Positions 28,512 through 37,382 are shown, counted from the first letter of the stretch. The stretch is DNA of 64,000 nucleotides from Dehalococcoidia bacterium (GCA_965207225.1 CBDBLV010000005.1:1824001-1888000), one strand, 5' to 3'. A program made the numbers and translations. The notes: generated from the sequence alone by a model not told the origin.

Positions 28512-28856
28512 CTAGCCCTGTTGCGAATTTCCGGCGCTGGCCGGATGTGCACCTTGCGCACTGTCCCCCACGGGCTCAAGGCGCAGCCTCAGCCCCAATG
28601 CGGTTGTGACCTTCAACAGGGTTGCCAGGGTAGGGTTGCCGCCGTCAGACAGCGCCTCGTAAAGGTTGCCGCGGTTTAGACCGGTGTTGCGGGCGAGAGC
28701 GCTCATGTTGTGCGTCTGAGCGACATACCTAAGCACTGCCCGAATCACCGCACCGTCACCAGTGTCTTCCTCCGCAGCCGCGCGGAGAAGTCGTCGGAAA
28801 TCCTCTTCGGTCTTTACATAGTCCGCTGGGTCAAATCTTCGATATTCTTCAGACAT
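28512..28856 (-). CDS. Addiction-module antidote (HI1420-like HTH antitoxin)
   Basis: FDPADY...MSALARNTGLNRGNLYEALSDGGNPTLATLLKV..ALGLRL; TAATG coupling to the toxin. Confidence 0.93.
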   Translation of the reverse strand: MSEEYRRFDPADYVKTEEDFRRLLRAAAEEDTGDGAVIRAVLRYVAQTHNMSALARNTGLNRGNLYEALSDGGNPTLATLLKVTTALGLRLRLEPVGDSAQGAHPASAGNSQQG

Positions 28857-29152
28857 TAGCCCCTCCATTCCGTCGCCATTCTCTTGGCCCGTTCGATGTC
28901 TCGCCGTTGGCTGTCCTTGTCACCGCCGCATAACAGGATGATTAGTTCGGCTTCTCGCGTGATGAAGTAGATTCGGTATCCAGGCCCGTACTGAATCCTC
29001 ATCTCGGATACGCCGCCACCTACAGGTCTCACGTCTCCGAGATGCCCGTCTTCGGCTGCCAGCAGTCTAGCGATTATGCGATTTACAGCCTGGTAGTCTC
29101 GCAGCCTGCTCAACCACCGGTCGAAGGTCGCGCTTCTCAGGACCGTGTACAT
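28856..29152 (-). CDS. RelE/ParE-superfamily addiction-module toxin (HI1419-like)
   Basis: FDRWLSRLRD..GHLGDVRPVGGGVSEMRIQYGPGYRIYF..LLCGGDKDSQRRDI. Confidence 0.95.
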   Translation of the reverse strand: MYTVLRSATFDRWLSRLRDYQAVNRIIARLLAAEDGHLGDVRPVGGGVSEMRIQYGPGYRIYFITREAELIILLCGGDKDSQRRDIERAKRMATEWRG

Positions 29153-29160
29153 GGTTCTAT

Positions 29161-29178
29161 TGTACGATATATCGTACA
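29161..29178. promoter_or_regulatory. Perfect 18-bp palindromic operator overlapping the -10 of the TA operon
   Basis: TGTACGATATATCGTACA; minus-strand TACAAT lies 6 nt before the toxin ATG. Confidence 0.8.
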
Positions 29179-29368
29179 GCGCTGTGCAATGAATTCAAGT
29201 GTGGAGGACGCAATGGCAACGCTTTCCGCCCCCAATGCCTCCTTGTCAGCATGGCGGGGAATTGCCCGATGGTCCTACAGCCGGGCCTCCCAGCGGAGAG
29301 TTCGCAGCCCACAGCCCTATTGAGCGAGGTTGATTGAAAGAGGTGTCGATTGCTCCATAGGCGGGCAT

Positions 29369-29416
29369 AGCCACATCTCAAGAATGGCATCGTATACCGC
29401 CCCCTCAGCTTCACCA
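29369..29416 (+). repeat. att-like scar D (48 bp) ending in a tRNA-Ala/tmRNA-like 3' end; probable right island boundary
   Basis: AGCCACATCTCAAGAATGGCATCGTATACCGCCCCCTCAGCTTCACCA; antisense reads GEAEGAVYDAILEMWL. Confidence 0.75.
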
Positions 29417-29501
29417 CGTACCTAATGAGGGGATGACCGCGCTGCTGCCGTAATGACCGGCCAGCGTCCAGACCGGTGACCTGGTTGACCTCTCCCCGAG
29501 G

Positions 29502-29927
29502 TTAGTCTTCTAACATGTAGGCGCCCGTTTCCCAAACCTTCTCATCGCCGCCCGGGGCCCAGTTTACGATGATGGCTCTCAACGGTTCTTCGCTGGTCAC
29601 CCGCATTGCGTGCGACATACTGGGAGGGCAAAAGGTCACTGTTCCAGGTCCGGCATTAAAGGTCTCGTCTCCCCACTCACATTCGGCGGTCCCACTCAGG
29701 ATGATGTAGATCTCGGGCCTGAGGTGGGCGTGGGCGCCATAGTATGTCCCGGGCTCCAGCATGAACGCCGTAGCTGCAATATCCCTGGCTGCTATACCCC
29801 CGTCCCGGCCGATAAGCGGCTTCGAGTACATCGCCTTCAACAACTCTTTGGGGTAGTTGCTGTACGAAGAGAAATTTTCGAGCTCATAGTCCTTGATGTA
29901 GTACTTGCCTTTTTTCTCAGTTGCCAT
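29502..29927 (-). CDS. Cupin domain protein, DMSP-lyase (DddQ)-like motif
   Basis: LEPGTYYGAHAHLRPEIYIILSG...PG....PP...HAM..EPL; RBS AAGGAG. Confidence 0.8.
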   Translation of the reverse strand: MATEKKGKYYIKDYELENFSSYSNYPKELLKAMYSKPLIGRDGGIAARDIAATAFMLEPGTYYGAHAHLRPEIYIILSGTAECEWGDETFNAGPGTVTFCPPSMSHAMRVTSEEPLRAIIVNWAPGGDEKVWETGAYMLED

Positions 29928-30192
29928 CTTTAAACTCCTTGACGGGTGCTGCCGTCTCTTCGGAAACGCTGCCTTAGGTGGCGGGCATTGCTAATGGTAC
30001 ACCTGAAGGGCGGGGCAAGACAGTGCGTAGAGAGCGTACCTCTGGTCTGCCTGTCGTGACTGTATGACAACCTGAATGGACCAGGTTCAAATGAAGTCAA
30101 GGATGACGGTAATTTTGACTTGACAAGTCGGCTTAATGGAATGGATGACAGCGCCTGATTGCCTTCCCTGCGCCTCTGATATACTGCCTGGC

Positions 30193-30342
30193 ATGTTCAC
30201 GGGCATGTTCAGATCGCTGAAGATGTTGTGGAAGTACCCCGAACCCTGGAACGTTCGGCTTTCGCTGTTTTCCCAAAATGTGCTCACAAAGATCCGCCGT
30301 CGGAGCCGATGCTGTGGGAACCTGGGGCAACCGGGATGCTGA
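30193..30342 (+). CDS. Putative 49-aa basic protein ending CCGNLGQPGC, probably leaderless
   Basis: Extended -10 TGATATACT 7 nt before ATG 30193; MFTGMFRSLKMLWKYPEPWNVRLSLFSQNVLTKIRRRSRCCGNLGQPGC*. Confidence 0.55.
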   Translation: MFTGMFRSLKMLWKYPEPWNVRLSLFSQNVLTKIRRRSRCCGNLGQPGC

Positions 30343-30489
30343 GTGGAGGCTAATGGGGCCCTCGGTGAGGGCCACCCGCCACACAGGCACTAGCCAAGAC
30401 TTCATTGCGCTGCGAATTCCTGCCAATCGACCCTTGGGATAGTATGCACGCCGATCAGCGGTTAGTGCTTCCACGGGAGGACTCTCATA

Positions 30490-31707
30490 GTGATAGATGG
30501 TCGGGCCTTAGCGGAGGCGGAGGGCTGGGGGCCGCCGTTCCCCCTTGCTGAATATAAGGGGCGAGTCGAAAAAGTCCGAGAAGAAATGACTCGCAGGGGG
30601 ATTGACGTCCTGCTTGTCTCTTCCCCGCCCAATATCACCTACCTGACGGGCTATGACATGATCTGGTACTACCTGACCAGTCCGGTGAGCGTAGCGCTGC
30701 ACGCAGACTCGGGTCAGACGTGCTTCTTCGAGGTCCCATACCATCGACCAACCGTCGAATGGCATGCCGTCGTGGACGACGCCGTATTGTTCGGGGAAGG
30801 ACAATCGCCGGTCGAGGACATTGCCAGCGAGCTGAAGGCGCGAGGCTGGCTAAAAGGCAACGTGGGTGTGGAGGACTGGAGTCGGGCGCCGGGGGGAGTG
30901 GTAATCAACCAGATAAAGCAGTCGTTTTCTGACGCCGGGGCCAACGTAGTTGACGGGTCCTGGGTTGTGGACAGAGTGAGGTTAATCAAGTCCAAGGCGG
31001 AAATCGAGGTAATGAATAAGGCGGCGTCGATAGCCGATACGGCGATGGAGACGGTAAAGGAGGCCATTCGGCCTGGAGTAACCGAGATAGAGTTAGCGGG
31101 GGTGGTTCTGCAGGCGATGATGAGGGCGGGAGGGGGAGACCCGGCAATTCGTGCGGCAGTCAGGTCGGGGCCGCGCTTTGCTGCGCGACATTGCGCCCCG
31201 AGCCACAGAAAGTTGAAGATGGGCGACCTTGTATGGATCAATCACTGCGGCTCATATCACCGCTACCACGTGGATCTGGGTCGGCTATTTTCGCTGGGAG
31301 AGCCATCGGCGAACTGGCGAGACCTTATGAACAAGACCTGCGGAAGCGTTGATTACGTGAAAGAGAGGGTGAGGCCGGGGGACTCGACGGGGGTGGTCCA
31401 GAGGGCGATGGACGAATACATCAACTCGGTGGGCCTTCGTCAGTATGCCGCATACATCAGCGGTTACAACATGGGCATCGCCATTCCACCGGACTGGGTG
31501 GGGCACACATTTATAGACCCGGAGGCGGGATTCGAGACTGCGCGCTATGATCCGGGCATGATTACCAACTACGAGAACCTGTTCACGGTGTTGGACCCTG
31601 TCTGGGCCGGGGGCACGGGCGGGGGTTTCATAGAGACGATACTTATGACCAATGAGGGACTGGAGGTGCTTTCTAAGCTGGACAGGAACGTTACGGTTAT
31701 CGAATGA
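30490..31707 (+). CDS. M24-fold hydrolase, creatinase/ectoine-hydrolase-like
   Basis: FPLAEYKGRVEKVR, NITYLTGY, RLIKSKAEI, GYNMGIAIPPDW; several prolidase metal ligands are substituted. Confidence 0.88.
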   Translation: MIDGRALAEAEGWGPPFPLAEYKGRVEKVREEMTRRGIDVLLVSSPPNITYLTGYDMIWYYLTSPVSVALHADSGQTCFFEVPYHRPTVEWHAVVDDAVLFGEGQSPVEDIASELKARGWLKGNVGVEDWSRAPGGVVINQIKQSFSDAGANVVDGSWVVDRVRLIKSKAEIEVMNKAASIADTAMETVKEAIRPGVTEIELAGVVLQAMMRAGGGDPAIRAAVRSGPRFAARHCAPSHRKLKMGDLVWINHCGSYHRYHVDLGRLFSLGEPSANWRDLMNKTCGSVDYVKERVRPGDSTGVVQRAMDEYINSVGLRQYAAYISGYNMGIAIPPDWVGHTFIDPEAGFETARYDPGMITNYENLFTVLDPVWAGGTGGGFIETILMTNEGLEVLSKLDRNVTVIE

Positions 31708-31819
31708 CCGGCAGGGTTGTACCTCTGCAAGTATCACTACACGCGATCTCGGGCCTTCCTCTACAAAGCACTCCTCACTCGATATCAGATTAACCCTTTT
31801 AGTCCAGGAAGCGTCTGAC

Positions 31820-31975
31820 ACGTTATAATTACGTTATAGTTGTAATCCAACTTTACCGTAGGCAATACGATAGCTAGATAAGAAAACATTGCCCAAAACA
31901 ATGAATCAGGTTGACAGGGATTTGTGAGTGCTATTCCGGAAGGTGTAGTATACGTGCGTTATAGACCTGTTATAG
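31820..31975. promoter_or_regulatory. Two GTTATA-N5-GTTATA direct-repeat boxes upstream of the PAS-LuxR gene
   Basis: GTTATA at 31822/31833 and 31958/31969, each pair 11 bp apart, in an AT-rich intergenic region. Confidence 0.5.
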
Positions 31976-32105
31976 TGCGTGACCTATGATTTGTGACACT
32001 GTGCGAAAAACAGCGGTGGGTGATGATGGAACGCATCTTTATCCGGTCGATTAATCGTTGCCTGAGCTAAGGGCCCCGAGCTATCAATCCAAAAGGCGGA
32101 GCACG

Positions 32106-32795
32106 TTGAATACTGATTCTCTGATAACTCTTCTGGACTCCCTGCACTCCGGCGCCTACGCCGTATCCCTAGACCAAACAATTATGTTTTGGAATCGGTC
32201 AGCGGAGCGTATCCTGGGACTCCGGTCTCGAGAAGTCGTAGGGCGGCGGTGTTACGATGTGCTGCAGGGCACGACGTCGGGTAGTTTGACTCCCGAGTGT
32301 GTCGGGGGATGCCCTTCTATTCGGTATCTGCGTGCCGGCTTGGTGCCAGCCACAACGAGATTGAGGATGCTAACGGCCTCGGGCGAGCGGAAATGGGTGT
32401 ACGTGACACCATTGGTAATTGGGGGCGCGCTCAGAGATGCACCTGTAGTGGTCCACTTATTTGACGACAGCGCGGAATCGGAGGGGCTGGACAAGGCAAA
32501 GGATATCTTCAGAGACACTCTGACGGAGAGCGGGTCAGAAGTGCTGTCTTATCAGCCGCCTGCCTCAGTCGCGGCAGGAGAGGGGTCTGACCTGTCTCGT
32601 CGTGAATTGGAAGTTCTGCGCCTGGTGGCCCTGGGATGGGAAACTCCGAGGATTGCCACGGACCTAGGGATCAGCCGACACACGGTACGCAACCACATAC
32701 GGAATCTGCGTCACAAACTCAATGCGCCCACCAAGCTGGACGCGGTGGTTAAGGGAATTCGCATGGGGATTCTGCCCATGGGCAGACAGTCCTAG
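32106..32795 (+). CDS. PAS domain LuxR-family transcriptional regulator
   Basis: IMFWNRSAERILG...EVVGRRC PAS; LSRRELEVLRLVALG..IATDLGISRHTVRNHIRNLRHKL HTH. Confidence 0.93.
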   Translation: MNTDSLITLLDSLHSGAYAVSLDQTIMFWNRSAERILGLRSREVVGRRCYDVLQGTTSGSLTPECVGGCPSIRYLRAGLVPATTRLRMLTASGERKWVYVTPLVIGGALRDAPVVVHLFDDSAESEGLDKAKDIFRDTLTESGSEVLSYQPPASVAAGEGSDLSRRELEVLRLVALGWETPRIATDLGISRHTVRNHIRNLRHKLNAPTKLDAVVKGIRMGILPMGRQS

Positions 32796-33023
32796 CAATA
32801 CATGCCCTTTAGCTGCGAAGCCACGGGTTCGGTGGCTGGCAACCGGAACGTCTCCGCCAACAATCTATGGATGAATGCGGCACTGTTTTCGCGGGAGGCC
32901 GGGCCGTCACGAGGACCCCGAGCAGAGTGAACTACCAACTCGACGACTTCAGCCCGCTGTCATAGGCTCGTCTGCAGCAAGTCAGCCGCTCTTCTGCATG
33001 GCCTTGTGTTGCGGTCAATCCGC

Positions 33024-33051
33024 TTGACGCTTCTCTCTGTTTCCTTAGAAT
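33024..33051 (+). promoter_or_regulatory. Sigma70-like promoter for ppcA
   Basis: TTGACG-N16-TAGAAT about 40 nt before the GTG start. Confidence 0.5.
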
Positions 33052-33090
33052 TGCGCTAGTCCAGATTGAACGACCCAAAGCCCCAGGATA

Positions 33091-34590
33091 GTGCCCCAGG
33101 AGGGAAATCCCGTGTTCTTTGTTCCCAAGGTGATGAGCACGCAACACCCCGACAATGCGGCCCCCGCGCCCTTTGCGGATGAGGAAGGGGTGCTGAGGGC
33201 CAATGGAGAGGTAAACGAAGCGTTCCAAATCTTCTCGTTGGGGTGCGATGAGCAGATGTGGGACTCGGAGGGGAAGGAGGCCGACAATCACGTCGTCCAG
33301 AAGCTGCTAACGGGGTACCCGGAGTTTTTCAGAGAGAGGCGGCGCCTGGGTCGGGACGTTGCGCTCACACTACGAGTCCCCAACCCGGGCATAGAGAGGG
33401 ACATGCGTAAGTCGATGGTGGAGGCTCTGCAGAGCGTACCCTCGGCGTGGGACATTGCGCATAGCTTCTACGGCGAAATCGGGGACGATTCGGCACCAAT
33501 TCAAGAGGTGATACTGCCGTTTACAACATCTGCAGAAGAGATCTCGCTGGTAGAGGCGTACTATCGGAACATAATCGTTGGGCAGGAGGGGCAGACGCTG
33601 CCCAATGGCAACCTGGTAAAGGACTGGGTGGGGGAGTTTTATCCGAAATGCCTGCGAGTCATTCCCCTGATCGAAGACATGGAGCACCTGTTCAACTGCG
33701 ACCGCATCCTGGAGGAGTACCTGGAAGGAAGGGACTTGCCGGGTCAGAGGGTGTTCTTGGCCCGCAGCGATCCTGCGCTCAACTACGGCATAGTTGCTGC
33801 GGAACTGGTGCTGAAAGTGGCGCTGGTGCGGCTGCGAGAACTGGAGACGCGTATCGGGGTGCCGTTCTTTCCGATAATCGGGGCGGGGTCGGTGCCTTTC
33901 AGGGGCCATTTGACGCCGATAAACGTAGAGAGGGCGTTGAGGGAGTATCCGAGCGCGTACACGTTCACGGTCCAGTCCGCCTTCAAGTATGACTACGACA
34001 TGGAAGAGGTGAAGAGGGGAATCGACCAGCTCCGGGAGCACAGACCCTGGGAGCCCGTGCCGGTAGATGAGGAACGAGCCATGCGGGTGATTGACAAAAC
34101 GACTGCGGAGTACCAGGAGCGAGTTCGCGACTTGCTGGAAGTTATCAGCACAGTGGCGGGACACGTGCCAAGACGACGGGAGAGGAAACTGCACGTGGGG
34201 CTGTTCGGGTACGGGAGGTCGTTGGGAGGGTTTGGTGGAGCTACGCTGCCTCGGGCGATAGGCTTTGCGGCCTCTCTGTATTCAATAGGGGTACCCCCGG
34301 AGCTGCTGGGGCTTGCGGCCCTGGACGAGGATGACCTTGCGTTCGTACGGGAGACCTGTCCGAGCCTTGACGAGGACTTGCGGGCAGCACTGCGGTTCGC
34401 CAACGAACGGCATGTAATGGAGCTGCTCGGCGAGGGCTACATGCGGATAGTGGCGCAGTTCACGGACGAGCTGGACCGGGTCCACGAGGGATTGACGGGG
34501 GCAGTCTGGGCGGGCATCAGCGGGGATGCGCCGGTGAACATCCAGAACTACGTGCAGGAAGCCGCACACCTAAGGCGCTTCCTGGGGTGA
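33091..34590 (+). CDS. ppcA: Archaeal-type phosphoenolpyruvate carboxylase
   Basis: MSTQHPDN, MWDSEGK, RVPNP, EVILP, VIPLIED, RVFLARSDPALNYG, GAGSVPFRG, TVQSAF, RERKLHVGLFGY, LPRAI; 499 aa. Confidence 0.95.
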   Translation: MPQEGNPVFFVPKVMSTQHPDNAAPAPFADEEGVLRANGEVNEAFQIFSLGCDEQMWDSEGKEADNHVVQKLLTGYPEFFRERRRLGRDVALTLRVPNPGIERDMRKSMVEALQSVPSAWDIAHSFYGEIGDDSAPIQEVILPFTTSAEEISLVEAYYRNIIVGQEGQTLPNGNLVKDWVGEFYPKCLRVIPLIEDMEHLFNCDRILEEYLEGRDLPGQRVFLARSDPALNYGIVAAELVLKVALVRLRELETRIGVPFFPIIGAGSVPFRGHLTPINVERALREYPSAYTFTVQSAFKYDYDMEEVKRGIDQLREHRPWEPVPVDEERAMRVIDKTTAEYQERVRDLLEVISTVAGHVPRRRERKLHVGLFGYGRSLGGFGGATLPRAIGFAASLYSIGVPPELLGLAALDEDDLAFVRETCPSLDEDLRAALRFANERHVMELLGEGYMRIVAQFTDELDRVHEGLTGAVWAGISGDAPVNIQNYVQEAAHLRRFLG

Positions 34591-34632
34591 AGGGGCCGGA
34601 GATCAACCATCGTTAGTCGCCCCGCCAAAGTA

Positions 34633-35106
34633 GTGGTGGTCCTGGCAACCACGGTTATGGTTGCTATGGGGTGTAATGCAGCCCCGAAAGGCGAGGGGCT
34701 CGTCGCGACGGCTGAACTACGCTCGGGGCGAGAGACATTCGCATCGGTGTGCGCGGCCTGCCACGGGGTCGGGGGAGAGGGCCAAGCCGACTGGCATATC
34801 CGCAAGCCGGACGGGACACTGCCAGCGCCACCGCTCAACGGCGAAGGTCATACATGGCACCACGGCGATGGCCTCCTATATCGCATAGTCAACGAGGGCG
34901 GGCAACTCTGGGAAGACCCGGACATACCCCAGTTCAAAAGCGGGATGCCCGCATTCGGCGGGCAGCTGTCTCACGAGGAGATAGTTGACGTAATTGAATA
35001 CGTCAAAAGCCTCTGGGCTGATAAGGAAGTACGTGACGTATCGATTATCGAGCACCAAGCCCTAATGAGCGAGACTGACCCTTTCCCTACGGCTAACGCC
35101 CAGTAA
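34633..35106 (+). CDS. Monoheme cytochrome c, probable lipoprotein
   Basis: CAACHG, PAPPLNGEGHTWHH, GMPAFG; N-terminal hydrophobic stretch ending AMGC. Confidence 0.9.
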   Translation: MVVLATTVMVAMGCNAAPKGEGLVATAELRSGRETFASVCAACHGVGGEGQADWHIRKPDGTLPAPPLNGEGHTWHHGDGLLYRIVNEGGQLWEDPDIPQFKSGMPAFGGQLSHEEIVDVIEYVKSLWADKEVRDVSIIEHQALMSETDPFPTANAQ

Positions 35107-35174
35107 CGATCTCAATGGCATTGTGCCCTTAGAGTTGTTGCTGTCAGTCAGCATTGACCGGCGTTCAATTCCTT

Positions 35175-37382
35175 CTAGGCAGGTCCTGCGACGGCGCCTT
35201 CTTCCTCTTCCACTAGCATCTCTCCCTGAATAGCACCGGGCGGGGGCTCCAAGGGGAGGTCAACAATCATGGTGGTGCCGACCCCGTCCTCGGTTTCCAC
35301 CCGAATGGAGCCGCCGTGTCGTCTCACGATGTCGTTGGAAATTGCCAAGCCCAAGCCGGTGCCCTGGTCTGTGGGCTTGGTAGTGAAGAACGGATTGAAG
35401 ATCTTCTCCACGACGTCGGGAGGCATGCCGGTGCCGTTGTCTCCTATGCGAACTTCTATTCCGTCTTCTTTGCGCCTAGTCGTCAGCGACAGTATTGGAG
35501 CGTATCCACTTTCGGCTTCCCCATTCCCCTGGGCGGCGCGGCGCCGTTGATCAGTGGCGTAACAGGCATTGCTCACCATGTTTAGAAATACACGGCCGAG
35601 TTCCTGGGGAACTGCTTCTATGGTTCCGACTGCAGGATCGTAGTCCTCCTTGATTTCAACCTGGAAATCCTGGTTGGTGCCACGGGCGCTGTGGTATGCA
35701 AGCCGAGAGTGCTGTTCCAGCAGGGCGTTGATGTCGGTAGGCTGCCAGTCTCCGGAGTCTCTGCCCATGCGCAGCATGTCGTGGACTATGCGATTGGCAC
35801 GTTCGCCGTGGGAGCGGATCCGGGTGACGTTGCTGGTAAGGTCGCCGGTAATCTCTTCGACGAGGTCTCGCTGCTCGTCTGGCAGCACTACACCTTCTTC
35901 TTCCAGGATCTCCTTCAGCTCATCGATCAACTCTCCCGAGGCCTCCGAGAAGTTGTTAACGAAATTCAACGGGTTCCGGATCTCGTGGGCGACGCCTGCG
36001 GTGAGTTCACCAAGGGCTGCGAGCTTTTCCCTCATCACGATCTGGTCCTGGGCCTTCTGGAGCTGGGCCAGGACGCCTTCCAGTTCTTCGTTCTTGTCCT
36101 GGAGCTGGTTGGCCAGCTTTTCCACCTCGTTGAGGCGGATGGCTTCGAGGGCATGGCGTCGGAAGACTTCCAGGGCGGCGGCCATGTCGGCCACTTCGTC
36201 CTTGCCCTTGATTTCGACCTGGGCCTCAAGGTCACCCTGGGCCATACGCCGCATCCAGCTTGAGAGCAATCCGATGCGGCGCATAAGAGATCTGCCGATG
36301 AAGAGCCAGATAATGAGCAGTGCCCCGACGATACTGAATGCACTAATCACCAGAAGCAATGTCCTGCCCGTGAAGATTGCCTGGGTAGAGGCGGCCGTTG
36401 CGGTGGCGGCGCTGGCCTCGGCGGCGCTTACGAGGCTGTCGACTTCGTCAATGAGATCGACGGAGATCTCCCGGTTGAAACCGAGGAGTCCCGCTTGCAA
36501 GTCGGCGATTTCCAGCTCTCGGGCGAAGACGTTGAAGATGCTCTCCTCGCTGGTGCCCAGCTCGAAGAGCCTAGTGTAGATTGGTGAAGCCTCATCGTAG
36601 AAGTCCAGAGCCCTCTGGGCCTGGAGGTTGCGGTCTATCCTCTCTACGGCGGCCTCAAACCTTTCCCTGAGCGGTTCTATGAATGATTCGTCGGAAAGGG
36701 TGAAGGCGTTGGCAAGGAGCTCGGTGGCGATATTGGTGTCGGCCTGCAGCTCAGAAAGGCGCCGGTATGTGTTTACCTGGTCCTCTGAAAGATGTACGGA
36801 CCGGGAGGCCGGGGATTCATCTACGGCGACATGTCCCGTGAGTACGAAGAATAGCTGATCGTCAATGGCGGGCGACAAGAGGTCATCCAACCGGCTACGC
36901 AGACTGGTGAGTTCTTCCTGCAGAGCCTGCCTTTGTTGAGCCAACTGGAAAACCTCGGCCATACTGAACTTGAGGTCATCGATGTTGGATTTCAGGGTGT
37001 CGCCGTGAGCCCTGATGACGTCTGCCCGGTCCTGGCCTGCGCTTTCGCTTCCCTCCAGGACGGTCACCTGCTCCTCAAACAGGAGAAAGGTATGGTCGAT
37101 ATTGCTGGCGCTGACGGCCAGTTCTCGGGGGTCGGTGGCGGTGGTGAGGCTAGGGGCGGCGGCGACGAGGGTGCCGCTGTACTGTGCGACCTCGAAAGCG
37201 GCGGCAAGCTCCGGCACGCTGCCCTCGTTCACACGGCTTTGCACCTCTCCCACCCTGTTAAAGGAAAACCAGCCCACCAGACTGGCCGCAATGGTGAGCA
37301 TCACAGCCCCGCCGATGGCGAGATATAGTTGGGTTGATATTCTGAACCGGAGGGCCAAGGCCCTTTTTAGTAGCTCGACCAC
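35175..37382 (-). CDS. Sensor histidine kinase with TorS-like helical extracellular domain, HAMP, HisKA and HATPase
   Basis: Two TM helices, GDLE..DEVADMA HAMP, AGVAHEIRNPL H-box, NMVSNA, DNGTG, FFTTK, GTGLGL. Confidence 0.93.
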   Translation of the reverse strand: MVELLKRALALRFRISTQLYLAIGGAVMLTIAASLVGWFSFNRVGEVQSRVNEGSVPELAAAFEVAQYSGTLVAAAPSLTTATDPRELAVSASNIDHTFLLFEEQVTVLEGSESAGQDRADVIRAHGDTLKSNIDDLKFSMAEVFQLAQQRQALQEELTSLRSRLDDLLSPAIDDQLFFVLTGHVAVDESPASRSVHLSEDQVNTYRRLSELQADTNIATELLANAFTLSDESFIEPLRERFEAAVERIDRNLQAQRALDFYDEASPIYTRLFELGTSEESIFNVFARELEIADLQAGLLGFNREISVDLIDEVDSLVSAAEASAATATAASTQAIFTGRTLLLVISAFSIVGALLIIWLFIGRSLMRRIGLLSSWMRRMAQGDLEAQVEIKGKDEVADMAAALEVFRRHALEAIRLNEVEKLANQLQDKNEELEGVLAQLQKAQDQIVMREKLAALGELTAGVAHEIRNPLNFVNNFSEASGELIDELKEILEEEGVVLPDEQRDLVEEITGDLTSNVTRIRSHGERANRIVHDMLRMGRDSGDWQPTDINALLEQHSRLAYHSARGTNQDFQVEIKEDYDPAVGTIEAVPQELGRVFLNMVSNACYATDQRRRAAQGNGEAESGYAPILSLTTRRKEDGIEVRIGDNGTGMPPDVVEKIFNPFFTTKPTDQGTGLGLAISNDIVRRHGGSIRVETEDGVGTTMIVDLPLEPPPGAIQGEMLVEEEEGAVAGPA

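Noticed and set aside
25787-29416. The repeated 48-bp sites as a CRISPR array or classical integron attC sites
   Set aside because: Spacing is 0.2-1.4 kb and irregular, there are no cas or intI genes, and the sites lack GTTRRRY/RYYYAAC ends and long attC fold-backs.
7657-29416. Intact tRNA/tmRNA gene or integrase anchoring the island
   Set aside because: Only 3'-terminal fragments were seen; no cloverleaf and no recombinase ORF found by eye.
30490-31707. M24 enzyme as the DddP DMSP lyase next to the DddQ-like cupin
   Set aside because: DddP needs the binuclear metal ligands, which are substituted here; creatinase/DoeA-like fits better.
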